NCBI GenBank assembly: GCA_002409445.1
Contig: DHNJ01000268.1
Span: forward strand, 1,039-52,295
DNA length: 51,257 nucleotides
Direction: 5' to 3'
Source: Armatimonadetes bacterium UBA5419
GTDB taxonomy: Bacteria > Armatimonadota > UBA10988
This document shows positions 8,878 through 18,423 of the stretch, piece by piece. Both the position numbers and the translations under genes were made by a program. Position 1 is the stretch's first letter. Every line of letters starts with the position of its first letter. The notes below the pieces were generated by a model. It was given only the letters and a program-made list of their open reading frames with translations, had not been told where the DNA came from and did not search any database.

Positions 8878-9563
8878 CGTGGCCTCCTTACCCACCACAA
8901 CGATAGCACGCCCAGGGTTGCTATGGCTACTGCCCCCATTTGACCCAACTCCAAACTTCCGCCACCATCGTGCGCTCGGTGCCTCTCGATCAGCCAGCGG
9001 CCGACGCCAAAGAGAACCAGGAACAGCCGGAACAGGTCGCCCTCGCGCGGCAGGCGGCCGCGCGATCGCCAGAGCACCAGCCACGTCAGCGCCGCCCAGG
9101 CCGCCGCGTAGAGCTGCGTCGGGTGCCGCCAGGCGCCGTGCTGCCAGATGGCCCACGGCAGCGCGCACTCCGCGCCGTAGCAGCAGCCGGCCAGCAGGCA
9201 GCCGAAGCGCCCGACCGCCTCGCCGGCGGGCAGCGCCAGGGCCCACAGGTCGCCGGTCGGCCGGGTGATGCCCAGGTGGCGCTTGGTCGCCCAGACCGCC
9301 AGCCAGCCGCCGAGTATGCCCGTGATGATGGTCCGACCGCCCAGCCGCGGGTCGAACAGGCTCAGCGGGCTGGCGCTCCACAGCGCCGGGTCGACGAGCA
9401 GCCAATGGCCCAGCTTGGCCGCCAGCAGCCCGCCGGCGAACCCCGCCGCCGCGACCAGGCCCATGCCGCGCGTCGCCAAGCCGCGACGGCGCGCCTCGTA
9501 GACCAGAACCAACCCGCCCGTGGCGTAGCCCAGATACGTCACTAATGCCGCCCAGTAGATCAC
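8874..9563 (-). CDS. lgt: Prolipoprotein diacylglyceryl transferase (Lgt) family membrane protein, Cys-rich variant
   Basis: Polytopic membrane protein with Lgt-like blocks: FDPRLGGRTIITGILGG, GEAVGRFGCLLAGCCYG, HPTQLY, FLVLFGVGRWLIE. The proposed GTG at 9563 overlaps the radical SAM stop (GTGA). The track start 9647 would overlap that gene by 88 nt. Confidence 0.65.
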   Translation of the reverse strand: MIYWAALVTYLGYATGGLVLVYEARRRGLATRGMGLVAAAGFAGGLLAAKLGHWLLVDPALWSASPLSLFDPRLGGRTIITGILGGWLAVWATKRHLGITRPTGDLWALALPAGEAVGRFGCLLAGCCYGAECALPWAIWQHGAWRHPTQLYAAAWAALTWLVLWRSRGRLPREGDLFRLFLVLFGVGRWLIERHRAHDGGGSLELGQMGAVAIATLGVLSLWWVRRPR

Positions 9564-10987
9564 AGCGGTGCGTCGCCGAACAGCCAGTGCCAGCAGAATG
9601 AGTGGCGTCGCGTGTCCGCCTCGAAAGTCGCGGTATGCGTGCAGCACTGGCGCAGCCGCTCCTCGCGCACGGTCGAGGCGTCCTGGAACTGCTTGATCGT
9701 CAGACGGAAGGCACGCTGGGCGACGGTCGCGAGGACGGTCGGCTCGCGTCGGCCGCGACAGCAGAGCCCCCGCAGCAAGCCCGCCAGCGCCGGCAGCTCG
9801 CCCAGGACGCGGCGCAGGGCGTGCTCCGCCGGCGCGTCGCCGGTGCGCAGCGCGGTCAGCACGGGCGCGCTCAACTCCTCGAAGGTGATCGTGTTACCGA
9901 TCAGCGGCAGCCAGCGCCGTAGCTGTACCCGGCCGATCAACCTGATCACCGACCGCCACGCGTCCTCGGCGTCGCGCACGAAGTAGGCCAGGTCGCAGCA
10001 GTCGGGGTGGCTGCAGGGCAACGGGATGAAGTCATCGACGCTCAGCAGCTCCGGCGCTTGATCGGCGAGGCGCCGCACGACACCAGTCGGCGTCAGGCGG
10101 GCCGTCGGCTCGACCAGGTCGCCCCGCCCCGAGCCGAACACCGGTTGAACCGCCCACCCGGCGACATGCGGCACGCCGAGCCCGTAGCGCAGGATGTCGC
10201 CCAACTGGTGGTCGTTAACGCCCAGGGCCGCCGTCGTGACCAACGTCATCGCCAGCCCGGCGGCGTCGAGGCGCTCGACTACGGCTTGTTTCGTCGCCGT
10301 CAGGTCCTCGGCGCGCAGGCCGCGGTGCGCCTCTGGCCCGAAGCCATCGAACTGCAGGTAGATCTCCAGGTGCGCGCGGTGGGCCGCCAGGCGCGCCAGG
10401 AGCCGGTCATCGGTGGCCAAGCGCAGCCCATTGGTGTTGAGCAGCAGCCGCGTGATCGGCAGCTCGGCCAGGCGGTCGACCAGCTCGGCGAGATCCGGCC
10501 GCAAGGTCGGCTCGCCGCCGGAGAGCATCGCGACGTCCAGCTGCCCACCCTCGCGTGCGGTGACCTGTCGTACCGTGCGCAGGATATCCGGCAGTGGTAC
10601 GTCGATTCCGGTGGTGGCTGGTCCGGCGGTCGCGAAGCAGGTCGGGCAGGTCAGCTGGCAGCGGCCGGTGACGTTGAGGACAAGCGTGCAGGTGTGCTGG
10701 CCGTGGTCCTCGGGCAGGCCTTGGGCGTAGACCGGCAGCTGCGTCGCGAACAGACCGGGCCGGTCGGCCAGCGTTGATCGCGGCGGCACGGACCAGCCTC
10801 GCCGCGCGTGCCACAGTTCGGCGTCCTGCTCGTACAGCGTCGTCACCGTGCCGTGGTCTGGGCAGTCGCGCTGCAGCCAGATGGCGCCCTCGTCTTCGGC
10901 CAGGCGCGCGGGCAGGAAGCGCGGCGGACGCGGCTGCGCGGCATGGCAGGCCGGGCAGATCGCGCGAGTCCGCTCGACGACGGTCAT
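9560..10987 (-). CDS. Radical SAM enzyme with N-terminal rubredoxin/Zn-ribbon-like module and Cys-rich C-terminal domain (COG1964 / Tes-GDGT-MAS-like family by motif pattern)
   Basis: N-terminus ICPACHA...RDCPDHG. Radical SAM CX3CX2C motif NVTGRCQLTCPTCFA. SAM-binding-like MLSGGEPTL. C-terminal Cys clusters PLPCSHPDCCDLAYF and RQCCTHT...SFCWHW. Confidence 0.8.
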   Translation of the reverse strand: MTVVERTRAICPACHAAQPRPPRFLPARLAEDEGAIWLQRDCPDHGTVTTLYEQDAELWHARRGWSVPPRSTLADRPGLFATQLPVYAQGLPEDHGQHTCTLVLNVTGRCQLTCPTCFATAGPATTGIDVPLPDILRTVRQVTAREGGQLDVAMLSGGEPTLRPDLAELVDRLAELPITRLLLNTNGLRLATDDRLLARLAAHRAHLEIYLQFDGFGPEAHRGLRAEDLTATKQAVVERLDAAGLAMTLVTTAALGVNDHQLGDILRYGLGVPHVAGWAVQPVFGSGRGDLVEPTARLTPTGVVRRLADQAPELLSVDDFIPLPCSHPDCCDLAYFVRDAEDAWRSVIRLIGRVQLRRWLPLIGNTITFEELSAPVLTALRTGDAPAEHALRRVLGELPALAGLLRGLCCRGRREPTVLATVAQRAFRLTIKQFQDASTVREERLRQCCTHTATFEADTRRHSFCWHWLFGDAPL

Positions 10988-10996
10988 GGTCCGAGC

Positions 10997-11449
10997 CTAG
11001 GCGGCGGGCGGGCGGCGGGTCAGTCGGCAGCAGTCCCCACCCTTGCCGCGCAGGCACGAGTACAGCTTGCCCCCGGGACAGCCGAAGAAGCAGGACCAGG
11101 TCTTGAGCAGCGTCATGATCCAGAGGATGCGCCAAGCCAGTGCGGCATGGCCGCTCGCTAGGAGGAGCAGCGCCACGCCGATGACCACCGCGGCGAGTGT
11201 GTGCGAGAAGCGGATCGAGCCGACGTCCAGCGGCTCGTAGGGAGAGATGCGCCGCGGGTGGATGTAGTGGGTGTAGAGCACGACCAGCGGCGCGCCGCCC
11301 ACGCCGGTGATCGCGTTGACCACCATCAGCACCCAGACCAGGACGATCGGCGAGGTCCAGCCCGAGAGCACCCCGAGCCACATCAGCCCAGCGGTCACGT
11401 AGCGGCAGAAGCGGAAGCTGTCGCGGGGTACTCGGACCGTCTCACTCAT
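10997..11449 (-). CDS. Polytopic membrane protein with Cys-rich C-terminal tail (DUF4395-like)
   Basis: Start MSETVRVPRD (ATG 11449) overlaps the upstream stop by 8 nt (ATGAGTGA). About four hydrophobic helices. Tail WSCFFGCPGGKLYSCLRGKGGDCC. The DUF4395 assignment is from memory of the family pattern. Confidence 0.55.
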   Translation of the reverse strand: MSETVRVPRDSFRFCRYVTAGLMWLGVLSGWTSPIVLVWVLMVVNAITGVGGAPLVVLYTHYIHPRRISPYEPLDVGSIRFSHTLAAVVIGVALLLLASGHAALAWRILWIMTLLKTWSCFFGCPGGKLYSCLRGKGGDCCRLTRRPPAA

Positions 11450-12059
11450 CGCTCTCTCCACCCGCCAGCCGCGGCCAGAACATGCCCACGCGCGCCTGAT
11501 AGCGGGCATACTCGGGGAACCGCGCGCCGAGCATCTCTTCTTCCAGTGTAGCGCGCCAGCGCATCGCCGGCTGGAAAACGCCAAGCATCAACGCCAGTGC
11601 CAACGGGTTCGCGTGAATGAGGCTGGCGCCAACGCCGAACCAGAGCAGTGAGGCGTACAGCGGATGGCGGACCAGGCGATAGACGCCGCTGGTGACCAGC
11701 GTCTGCTCGACGTACAACGTGGCCTCGTTGGCCCAATTATGGCCCAGGCTGATGCGCCCCAGGAGGTTGACCGCTGTTCCGAGCATCACTAGCGCCAGGC
11801 CCGTGGTCACCAGCACGCTGTCGAGCAGGTCGCCCGGCGGCGGCAGCGCGCCATAGCGGGTCTTGAGGACGAGAGTCAGCACGCCGAAGAAGGCCAGCAT
11901 TGACGCCGTGGCCACCGGTGAGCGCCGCTGGGTGTCGCCGGTGCGCGAGCCGGGCGCGCGGGCGAAGTTGTAAGCCACGGCGCCGACCAGTAGCGCCGCG
12001 CAGACGACGATCACCTGGGCGGCTAGCGCGTGCCGGCTTTGGTAGTCCAGGACCAGCAC
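11442..12059 (-). CDS. Isoprenylcysteine carboxyl methyltransferase (ICMT) / phospholipid methyltransferase family membrane methyltransferase
   Basis: GTG start at 12059 with GGGAGG five nt upstream. Family motif LVTSGVYRLVRHPLYASLLW and C-terminal EEEMLGARFPEYARYQARV. Multiple TM helices. Confidence 0.75.
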   Translation of the reverse strand: MLVLDYQSRHALAAQVIVVCAALLVGAVAYNFARAPGSRTGDTQRRSPVATASMLAFFGVLTLVLKTRYGALPPPGDLLDSVLVTTGLALVMLGTAVNLLGRISLGHNWANEATLYVEQTLVTSGVYRLVRHPLYASLLWFGVGASLIHANPLALALMLGVFQPAMRWRATLEEEMLGARFPEYARYQARVGMFWPRLAGGESDE

Positions 12060-12074
12060 TGTCGCCTCCCGCGG

Positions 12075-13169
12075 CTAGATCACCTCGAGGTCGTCGCGGC
12101 TGCCCAAGGTCGGGAACGCCGCGTGCGGCTCGCGTTGGTACCAGTAGGCGACGCTGGCGATGTCGTCCTGCAGCGGCAGGTAGCGCCCCTCCGAACGCCA
12201 GCCGATGGCCTGCATGGTCACCCGCATCGACTCGGCGAAGCGCACCGGGTCCATGACGTGGAAGCGGTACAAGCCGTGCCGGTTGCCGACCTTGAAGTCG
12301 GGCTGGCCGAACGGGTAGCCGAGGAACGGCGCACTGAAGTTCTCGCCGAAGCCCCAGGCCCCACCGAAGTAGTCCTCGGTGCCCGTCCCGCAGATGGTCG
12401 GGAACTCGTCGTCGCCGTCGAGGAAGAACTTGATCTCGCCCTCACCCCACCAGCCCGCGACGTTCTGCTGCCAGGCCATGTAGACGCCGACGAACTGGCC
12501 CTGCCCGCGCACGCCGTCGAGGATGATGAAGTCCTCGCCGTAGGCCAGCGGGTTGGCGCGGCGGAACTGGGCGTGGAAGTAGCCCTCGTCCTCGGGCACC
12601 TCGGTCAGCGCGTAGTTGATGGTGTAGAAGAACCCACCCTGGGCGTCCGGGGCGCGGTTCTCGATCGTCACCCGCGCGTGGCCGCGGAAGGGCATCGGGA
12701 AGTAGCAGTTCATGCCGCCAGACGGGTTCACGTTGATCGGCAGGCTGAGCACCTTGGCCCGTTTGGCGAAGCCGCAGCAGAAGAAGTCGCCCAGCGGCGC
12801 CTCGACACTGGGCTCGCTCTCGTTGTCCCAGTAGACGCGCAGGATCAGGTCGCGGTAGCGCCGCTCGTCGACGGTGATCCAGATGTGTTGGATCACGCCC
12901 GGACCGTCGACATCCATCAACGTCGTGACGCTGCCGGCGGGCAGGGTGATGCACGGCCGGACCTTCCAGCCGCGGCCCAGGTCACGCGCGGCGGCGTTCG
13001 GACCGTCCCACTGCTGGCCCAGGCGCGCGACTTCCGCCTGCGACTCCTCGCTGAGCTCGGCCATGCCGCCGCGGCCCGGCTCGCCATAGACGTTCTCGGC
13101 GGTGATCGAGCGCGTCTTGGCGTCGCTCAGGCGGCTGATGGAACCCAGGTTCTGGGCGAAGTAGGCCAT
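12075..13169 (-). CDS. DUF2961 / glycoside hydrolase family 172 protein
   Basis: ATG 13169 is preceded by AAGGAG. Characteristic blocks ITAENVYGEPGRGG, GPGVIQHIWIT, LGDFFCCGF, GMNCYFPMPF, WWGEGEIKFFLDGD, CGTGTEDYFGGAWGF, YRFHV. The track N-terminal 85 aa extension is rejected. Confidence 0.8.
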   Translation of the reverse strand: MAYFAQNLGSISRLSDAKTRSITAENVYGEPGRGGMAELSEESQAEVARLGQQWDGPNAAARDLGRGWKVRPCITLPAGSVTTLMDVDGPGVIQHIWITVDERRYRDLILRVYWDNESEPSVEAPLGDFFCCGFAKRAKVLSLPINVNPSGGMNCYFPMPFRGHARVTIENRAPDAQGGFFYTINYALTEVPEDEGYFHAQFRRANPLAYGEDFIILDGVRGQGQFVGVYMAWQQNVAGWWGEGEIKFFLDGDDEFPTICGTGTEDYFGGAWGFGENFSAPFLGYPFGQPDFKVGNRHGLYRFHVMDPVRFAESMRVTMQAIGWRSEGRYLPLQDDIASVAYWYQREPHAAFPTLGSRDDLEVI

Positions 13170-13209
13170 GGTTGCACTCCTTGGTTGGCCCCGGGCTCGG
13201 CGCCGGGGC

Positions 13210-14607
13210 TCAGAGATCGATAACGTCACCGTAGGCCGGCGCGCTCGTCTGCCAGCCCATGCGCTCGGCGACCAGTCCGGCGAAGCGCGCGGCCACGTCA
13301 GCGTCGCCGTGGGTGAAGAAGGCGCGCTGCGGCGGCTGCTGCAGGGCACCGAGCCACTCGAGCATGCCCGGCTGGTCCGCGTGGCCGCTGAGGCTGTTGA
13401 TCTTCTCAATCTTGGCGCGCACACGATGTATCCGGTTGAACAGCCGAACCTCCTCGGCGCCCTCCACCAGCTGCCGGCCGAGCGTGCCCTGGGCCTGGAA
13501 GCCGGTGATTAGGATCGTGCTCTCCGGCCGTGACAGGTTCTGCTCAAGGTGGTGCTTGATGCGCCCGGCGGTCGCCATGCCGGAGGCGGAGATGATGATC
13601 GCCGTGCCCTTGATGCGGTTGATCGCCTTGGACTGCTCGCGGGTCTCGGTGAACTGCACATCGCAGTAGCCGAAGATGTCCACGCCGCGCTCATACAGGC
13701 GGCGTGCCTCGTCGTCGTAGCAGTCGGGGTGCGCGCCAGAGATGCGCGTCGCGCGGATGGCCATCGGGCTGTCGACGAAGGTCATCAGACAAGGGATCTG
13801 GTGCGTGGCGCGCAGTTCGCGCAGGTGGTACAGCATGGTCTGCGTCCGGCCGACGGCGAAGGCCGGCACGACCAGGTTGCCGCCGCGGCGGATAGTGTCG
13901 AGGATGACCTCGCGCAGGCGCACCGGCGTCATGTCGCTCGGCTCGTGGACGCGGTCGCCGTAGGTCGACTCGCAGACCATGAAGTCGGCCTGGTCGAACG
14001 GCTGCGGGTCGCGGAGGATGACGCGGTCTTTGTTGCCGATATCGCCGGAGAAGACGATCGAGCGCGTCCGGCCGTCCTCCTCCCACTCGATCTTGACGTG
14101 CGCGGAGCCGAGGATGTGGCCCGCGTCCTTCCAGGTCGTGTAGACCCCATCGAGGATCTCGGTTCGCTGGTCGTAGCGCACCGCGACAAAACCTCGCAAA
14201 GCCTCCTCGGCCTCGGCGATTGTGTAGAGCGGCTCGGTCGGCGCCAAGGCGCGGCCTTCGCGGCGGTGGCGCTTGGTCTTCCAGCGCGCATCCTCCTCCT
14301 GGATGTGCGCCGAGTCCAACAGCATCAGTTCGGACAGGTCGACGGTGGCCTCGTGGGTGATGACTCGGCCGCTGAAGCCGCGCTTGACCAGCAGCGGCAG
14401 CCGGCCAGTGTGGTCGATATGACAGTGCGTCAGCAGCACGCAGTCGATCTCGGCGGGGTCGAAGGGGAATGGGTCCCAGTTCAGGCCGAGGAATGGCCGC
14501 TCCTGGAACAGCCCACAGTCGATGAGGATCTTGCGTTCACGGATCTCAAGCAGGTAACAAGATCCGGTCACGGACCCGGCGCCACCGCAGAAGGTCAACT
14601 GAGCCAC
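13210..14607 (-). CDS. MBL-fold beta-CASP hydrolase (RNA-metabolising metallo-beta-lactamase family)
   Basis: GTG start with GGAG six nt upstream. N-terminus FCGGAGSVTGSCYLLE, HxHxDH motif LLTHCHIDHTGRLP, and a beta-CASP/RNA-specificity type C-terminus (LSGHADQ..., FFTHGD). Confidence 0.8.
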   Translation of the reverse strand: MAQLTFCGGAGSVTGSCYLLEIRERKILIDCGLFQERPFLGLNWDPFPFDPAEIDCVLLTHCHIDHTGRLPLLVKRGFSGRVITHEATVDLSELMLLDSAHIQEEDARWKTKRHRREGRALAPTEPLYTIAEAEEALRGFVAVRYDQRTEILDGVYTTWKDAGHILGSAHVKIEWEEDGRTRSIVFSGDIGNKDRVILRDPQPFDQADFMVCESTYGDRVHEPSDMTPVRLREVILDTIRRGGNLVVPAFAVGRTQTMLYHLRELRATHQIPCLMTFVDSPMAIRATRISGAHPDCYDDEARRLYERGVDIFGYCDVQFTETREQSKAINRIKGTAIIISASGMATAGRIKHHLEQNLSRPESTILITGFQAQGTLGRQLVEGAEEVRLFNRIHRVRAKIEKINSLSGHADQPGMLEWLGALQQPPQRAFFTHGDADVAARFAGLVAERMGWQTSAPAYGDVIDL

Positions 14608-14649
14608 TATCTACTCCGCGCGTAGCATGGCACAACGCACGGACGACGT

Positions 14650-15684
14650 CTAGGACAGCCCGGCGCGCAACAGGTCCTGGACGTCCACGATGCCCAGCGC
14701 GCGGCCGAACCCGTCGACCACGCACAGGTTGTCCAGCTCGCGGCTCTGCATCATCGACAAGGCCTCGGTCGCCAGGCGGTCCGGCGTGATCGTCGTCGGC
14801 TCGCGGCCCATGACCGAGGCGACCGGCTCGGACAGCACCGCCCCGCCCCGCTGCTCCAAGTTCACGCGCAAGTCGCCGTCGGTGAAGACCCCGACCAGCA
14901 TGCCGTCCTCATCGACGACGTTGGCCACCCCACGCACCGGCGCATGGGTCATGACCAGCAGCGCTTCCTGCACGGTCTGGTAGGCCCGGACAACCGCCTG
15001 GTCGCCACCGGTGCGCATCACGTCGCGCACCGTTAGCAGCAGCTGCCGACCAAGGCTGCCGCCCGGGTGCAGCAGGGCGTAGTCGGCGGTGCTGAACTTA
15101 CGCGCCTCCATCAAGACCATGGCCAGCGCGTCACCCAGTGCGAGCATTACCGTGGTGCTCGAGGTTGGCGCGAGGTTGTGGGGGCAGGCCTCACGCTCGA
15201 CAGCCATGTTCAGCACGACATGCGCGTGCTCGGCCAAGGTCGAGCTGGGTCGGCCCGTGACGGCGATGATCTTCGACCCGAGGCGGACCAACGATGGCAG
15301 CAGCGCGACCAGCTCGTCGCTCTCGCCACGGTGACTAAAGGCCAAGACGACCTCGTCGCGGCCGACCATGCCCAGGTCGCCGTGGACGCCCTCCGCCGCC
15401 GAGACGTAGACGGCGGGGGTGCCGGTGCTCGACAGCGTGGCCGCGGTCTTGTGTGCGATGTGGCCCGATTTGCCGACACCGGTGACGACCACGCGCTTCT
15501 CGGGGCGCTCCAGGATCAGCCGCACCGCCCGCCCGAGCGCTACGTAATCAAGCTTCTGCGTCGCCTCGGCCAAGGCGGTAGTCTCGGCGACCAGCGTCTC
15601 GACCGCGACGTTGACCCATTCCGCGGGCACGCCGGCGGCAATCGCCGCTTGCAGCATGCTCGACGCACCGTGTCCGTCCGTCAT
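14650..15684 (-). CDS. kdsD: Arabinose-5-phosphate isomerase (KdsD/KpsF; SIS domain plus CBS pair)
   Basis: SIS motif [27 protein letters not shown]. The C-terminus is a tandem CBS pair. ATG 15684 overlaps the kdsA TGA (ATGA). Confidence 0.85.
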   Translation of the reverse strand: MTDGHGASSMLQAAIAAGVPAEWVNVAVETLVAETTALAEATQKLDYVALGRAVRLILERPEKRVVVTGVGKSGHIAHKTAATLSSTGTPAVYVSAAEGVHGDLGMVGRDEVVLAFSHRGESDELVALLPSLVRLGSKIIAVTGRPSSTLAEHAHVVLNMAVEREACPHNLAPTSSTTVMLALGDALAMVLMEARKFSTADYALLHPGGSLGRQLLLTVRDVMRTGGDQAVVRAYQTVQEALLVMTHAPVRGVANVVDEDGMLVGVFTDGDLRVNLEQRGGAVLSEPVASVMGREPTTITPDRLATEALSMMQSRELDNLCVVDGFGRALGIVDVQDLLRAGLS

Positions 15685-16499
15685 TCGGCCACCACCTTTC
15701 GTAGCGCCTGGACTGTCGCCAGAAGCGCGGGCAGATCCTCGAGTCGAAGCTGGTTCGGGCCGTCGCACAACGCCTCGTTGGGACAGTCATGGACCTCGAG
15801 GAATAGGCCATCTATACCCACCGCAGCGGCCGCCCGTACCAGCGGCGGCACGAACCGCCGGTCGCCACCGCTGGCGGTGCCAGCCGCGCCGGGCAGCTGC
15901 ACGCTGTGCGTGCCGTCGAAGACGACGGGCACGCCGAAGCTGCGCATGATCACGAGGCCGCGGAAATCAACGACCAGATTGTGGTAGCCGAAGCTGCTGC
16001 CCCGCTCCATCAGCGCCACACCGGCCGCACCCGACTGCTGCACCTTGTCGATCACCGCGCGCATGTCCTCGGGCGCCGAGAACTGCGCCTTCTTGACCGT
16101 CACCGGCCGGCCAGTCTCCGCCGCGGCGACCAGCAGGTCGGTCTGCCGCGAGAGGAAGGCGGGGATCTGCAGGACGTCGACCACCTCCGCGACCGGCGCG
16201 CACTGGGCCGGCTCGTGGACGTCTGTGGTCACGGCGAGGCCTAGCTCATCGCGAACGCGCGCGAGAATGCGGAGGCCCTCGGCCTGGCCCGGCCCGCGGT
16301 ACGCGCCGAGCGAGGTCCGGTTGGCCTTGTCGAAGCTGGACTTGTAGACGAACGGTATGCCGGCATTAGCCGCGACGATCGCCAGTCGCTCGGCCATGGC
16401 CAGCGCGTGCGCCTCGCTCTCGATCACGCACGGCCCGGCCAGCAGCACCAGTTCGGGCCCGCCCAGGACTATGCCGTCGCGGATCACCATCGGCTTCAT
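15681..16499 (-). CDS. kdsA: 3-deoxy-8-phosphooctulonate (KDO-8-P) synthase
   Basis: [33 protein letters not shown]..., [42 protein letters not shown] 16499 is preceded by GAGGAG. Confidence 0.9.
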   Translation of the reverse strand: MKPMVIRDGIVLGGPELVLLAGPCVIESEAHALAMAERLAIVAANAGIPFVYKSSFDKANRTSLGAYRGPGQAEGLRILARVRDELGLAVTTDVHEPAQCAPVAEVVDVLQIPAFLSRQTDLLVAAAETGRPVTVKKAQFSAPEDMRAVIDKVQQSGAAGVALMERGSSFGYHNLVVDFRGLVIMRSFGVPVVFDGTHSVQLPGAAGTASGGDRRFVPPLVRAAAAVGIDGLFLEVHDCPNEALCDGPNQLRLEDLPALLATVQALRKVVAE

Positions 16500-16519
16500 T
16501 AGGTCTCTCTCCTCGGACC

Positions 16520-17038
16520 CTAGCGCAGCGCGAACGGGTCGTCGATGCGCAACGAATCGACCTTCGCGCGCTGCTCCTCGGTGAGCGCCTCCCAGACCTT
16601 GGCCCAATGCTTGCTGCGTGCCTTCATCAGCCGCTCGTTGACCGCGCGGCTAGCCTCGTCGCGGCGCTCGACCTCGGCCGGGTCGACCTGCTCGGCGTTG
16701 CCTTCCAAGTAGGCGATGAAGTCGGCGGACGCCGTCTCCATCGCGGCGCGGTCGTCCTTGGTCTCCGCCTCAAAGGCCGTCTGCGCCGCTTGCACGGTCT
16801 TGCGCTGCGCCTCGCTCAGACCGATCTTCGCCGCGCGGGCCAGCGCCCAGGCCGGCTCCGGGTTCTCGCTCAGGGCCTCCAGCGGCGCCTCGGCCAGGCC
16901 TTCGGGGACGGCTGGTGCTTGGGGCTCCGGCGCGACCGCGGCGGAACTGACCGGCGGCGGTGCGGGCGGCACGGGTTCCGGCTGCCCGCAACCGAACAAC
17001 GCCAAGCTCAGGAGCAGGCCCCACATTAGCCGTCGCAT
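16520..17038 (-). CDS. Periplasmic lipoprotein with LTXXQ motifs (Spy/CpxP-like)
   Basis: Leader [18 protein letters not shown] has a lipobox. Two LTXXQ-type motifs are present (LSEAQRK, LTEEQRA). The ATG shares one base with the MFS gene stop (TGATG at 17036-17040). Only the last 172 aa of track ORF 16520..18457 are used. Confidence 0.6.
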   Translation of the reverse strand: MRRLMWGLLLSLALFGCGQPEPVPPAPPPVSSAAVAPEPQAPAVPEGLAEAPLEALSENPEPAWALARAAKIGLSEAQRKTVQAAQTAFEAETKDDRAAMETASADFIAYLEGNAEQVDPAEVERRDEASRAVNERLMKARSKHWAKVWEALTEEQRAKVDSLRIDDPFALR

Positions 17039-18423
17039 CAGGCATCCTCCACGGCACGTTCTTCCACCCGCCGCGCGGCCAGCAGCGCACCGAGCACGCC
17101 GACAAAGGCGGCGACGGCGAACGCCCAGCCGACCGCATGATACTCGTTCGCGCCCGCACCCTCGGCGGTGCTGACCACCGCGCCGGCCAGGCCAACACCT
17201 AGCACCATACCACCGTTGCGGGCCGTCGCTAACAGGGCCGAGGCGATGCCCTGGCGGTCCCGCGGCGCCGCGCCGAGCAGGGCGCTGTTGTTCGGCGAGG
17301 TGAACAGCCCCGTGCCGAGCCCCGCCAGCCCCAGACCGAAGGCCAGGTAGACCCAGGAGGTGCTCGCGCTCTGGAAGGCCAGCACCAGCAGACCGGCCGA
17401 CATGATCAGCAACCCCAGTGTGCTGGGCAACCGCGTCCCCACCCGATCCGACCAGTTGCCCGCCCACGGCGAGATCAATGCCATCATCAGCGGCTGCGCG
17501 GTAAGCAGCCGACCGGCCTCCGCCGTCGACCAACCACGCAGCGTGATCAGCGTGTGCGGCGTCAGGTAGACCACGGCGTAGATGGCGATGTAGTTGGCCA
17601 GGGCACACAGCGTCGCCGAGCTGAACTCCCACGAGTGGAACAGCCGCAGGTCCAGCATCGGCGCCGCGAGCCGCGACTCGAGGCGGTAGAAGACCACGCC
17701 CAGCGCTGCCGCCGCGCAGAGGATGCCCAGGGTCAGCGGCGAGCCCCAGCCCCAGTCCGGCCCGCGGTTCAGTGCGATCATGAAGGCGACCATGCCGGTC
17801 AGGAACAGGGCCGCGCCGAGCAGGTCGAACGGCTCCTGGAGTTCGCGGCCGGGGTCGGCGGGGATCACAGTCCAGATGATCACCAACGCCGCGGCACACA
17901 GGGGTGCATTGATCCAGAAGATCCCGTGCCAGTCCCAGGCGTCTGCCAGCCAGCCGCCCAGACTCGGCCCCAGGGTCAAGCCGAGGTAGACCATCGACGC
18001 CTGCAGGCCGAGCACGCGGCCCCGCTCGCGGGCGGGGAAGTGCTGTGTCAGCAGCGCCGGAGCGTTGGCCGAGATCATCGCTCCACCTACCGCCTGCAGG
18101 GCCCGCGCGCCGATCAGCTGGGCTAGCGACTGTGACAGCGCACAGGCCACCGACGAGAGCACAAAGACGACGAAGCCGAGCGAGAAGATTGTCCGGTGGC
18201 CGCGCGCATCGCCCAGCCGGCCGAAGCTTAATTGTAAGCCCGTCAGGCCCAGCAGATAGATGGTGATGACCCACTGCGCCTGCTCGAAATCGGCGCCGAA
18301 CTTGCCCCGGATCGTTGGCAGAATCGCGTTCACCGCGCTGGTATCGAGCGCGGTCAGGAACGAGCCGAGGCCGACCGCGGCCAAGACTGACCAACGTCCC
18401 TTGCGTCGTAAGGCTTCTGTCAT
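17038..18423 (-). CDS. MFS transporter, drug:H+ antiporter (EmrB/QacA-like) family
   Basis: 461 aa and polytopic. N-terminal MFS signature LGSFLTALDTSAVNAILPTI...GRLGDARGHR. Confidence 0.8.
   Translation of the reverse strand: MTEALRRKGRWSVLAAVGLGSFLTALDTSAVNAILPTIRGKFGADFEQAQWVITIYLLGLTGLQLSFGRLGDARGHRTIFSLGFVVFVLSSVACALSQSLAQLIGARALQAVGGAMISANAPALLTQHFPARERGRVLGLQASMVYLGLTLGPSLGGWLADAWDWHGIFWINAPLCAAALVIIWTVIPADPGRELQEPFDLLGAALFLTGMVAFMIALNRGPDWGWGSPLTLGILCAAAALGVVFYRLESRLAAPMLDLRLFHSWEFSSATLCALANYIAIYAVVYLTPHTLITLRGWSTAEAGRLLTAQPLMMALISPWAGNWSDRVGTRLPSTLGLLIMSAGLLVLAFQSASTSWVYLAFGLGLAGLGTGLFTSPNNSALLGAAPRDRQGIASALLATARNGGMVLGVGLAGAVVSTAEGAGANEYHAVGWAFAVAAFVGVLGALLAARRVEERAVEDA

Noticed and set aside
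8878-9405. Long N-terminal extension of the zinc-ribbon protein ORF (8527..9405), and the 88-nt upstream extension of the lgt-like ORF to 9647
   Set aside because: The extensions overlap neighbouring real genes in other frames. Internal GTG starts at 8877 and 9563 give GTGA coupling, and the first has a strong TAAGGAGG site.
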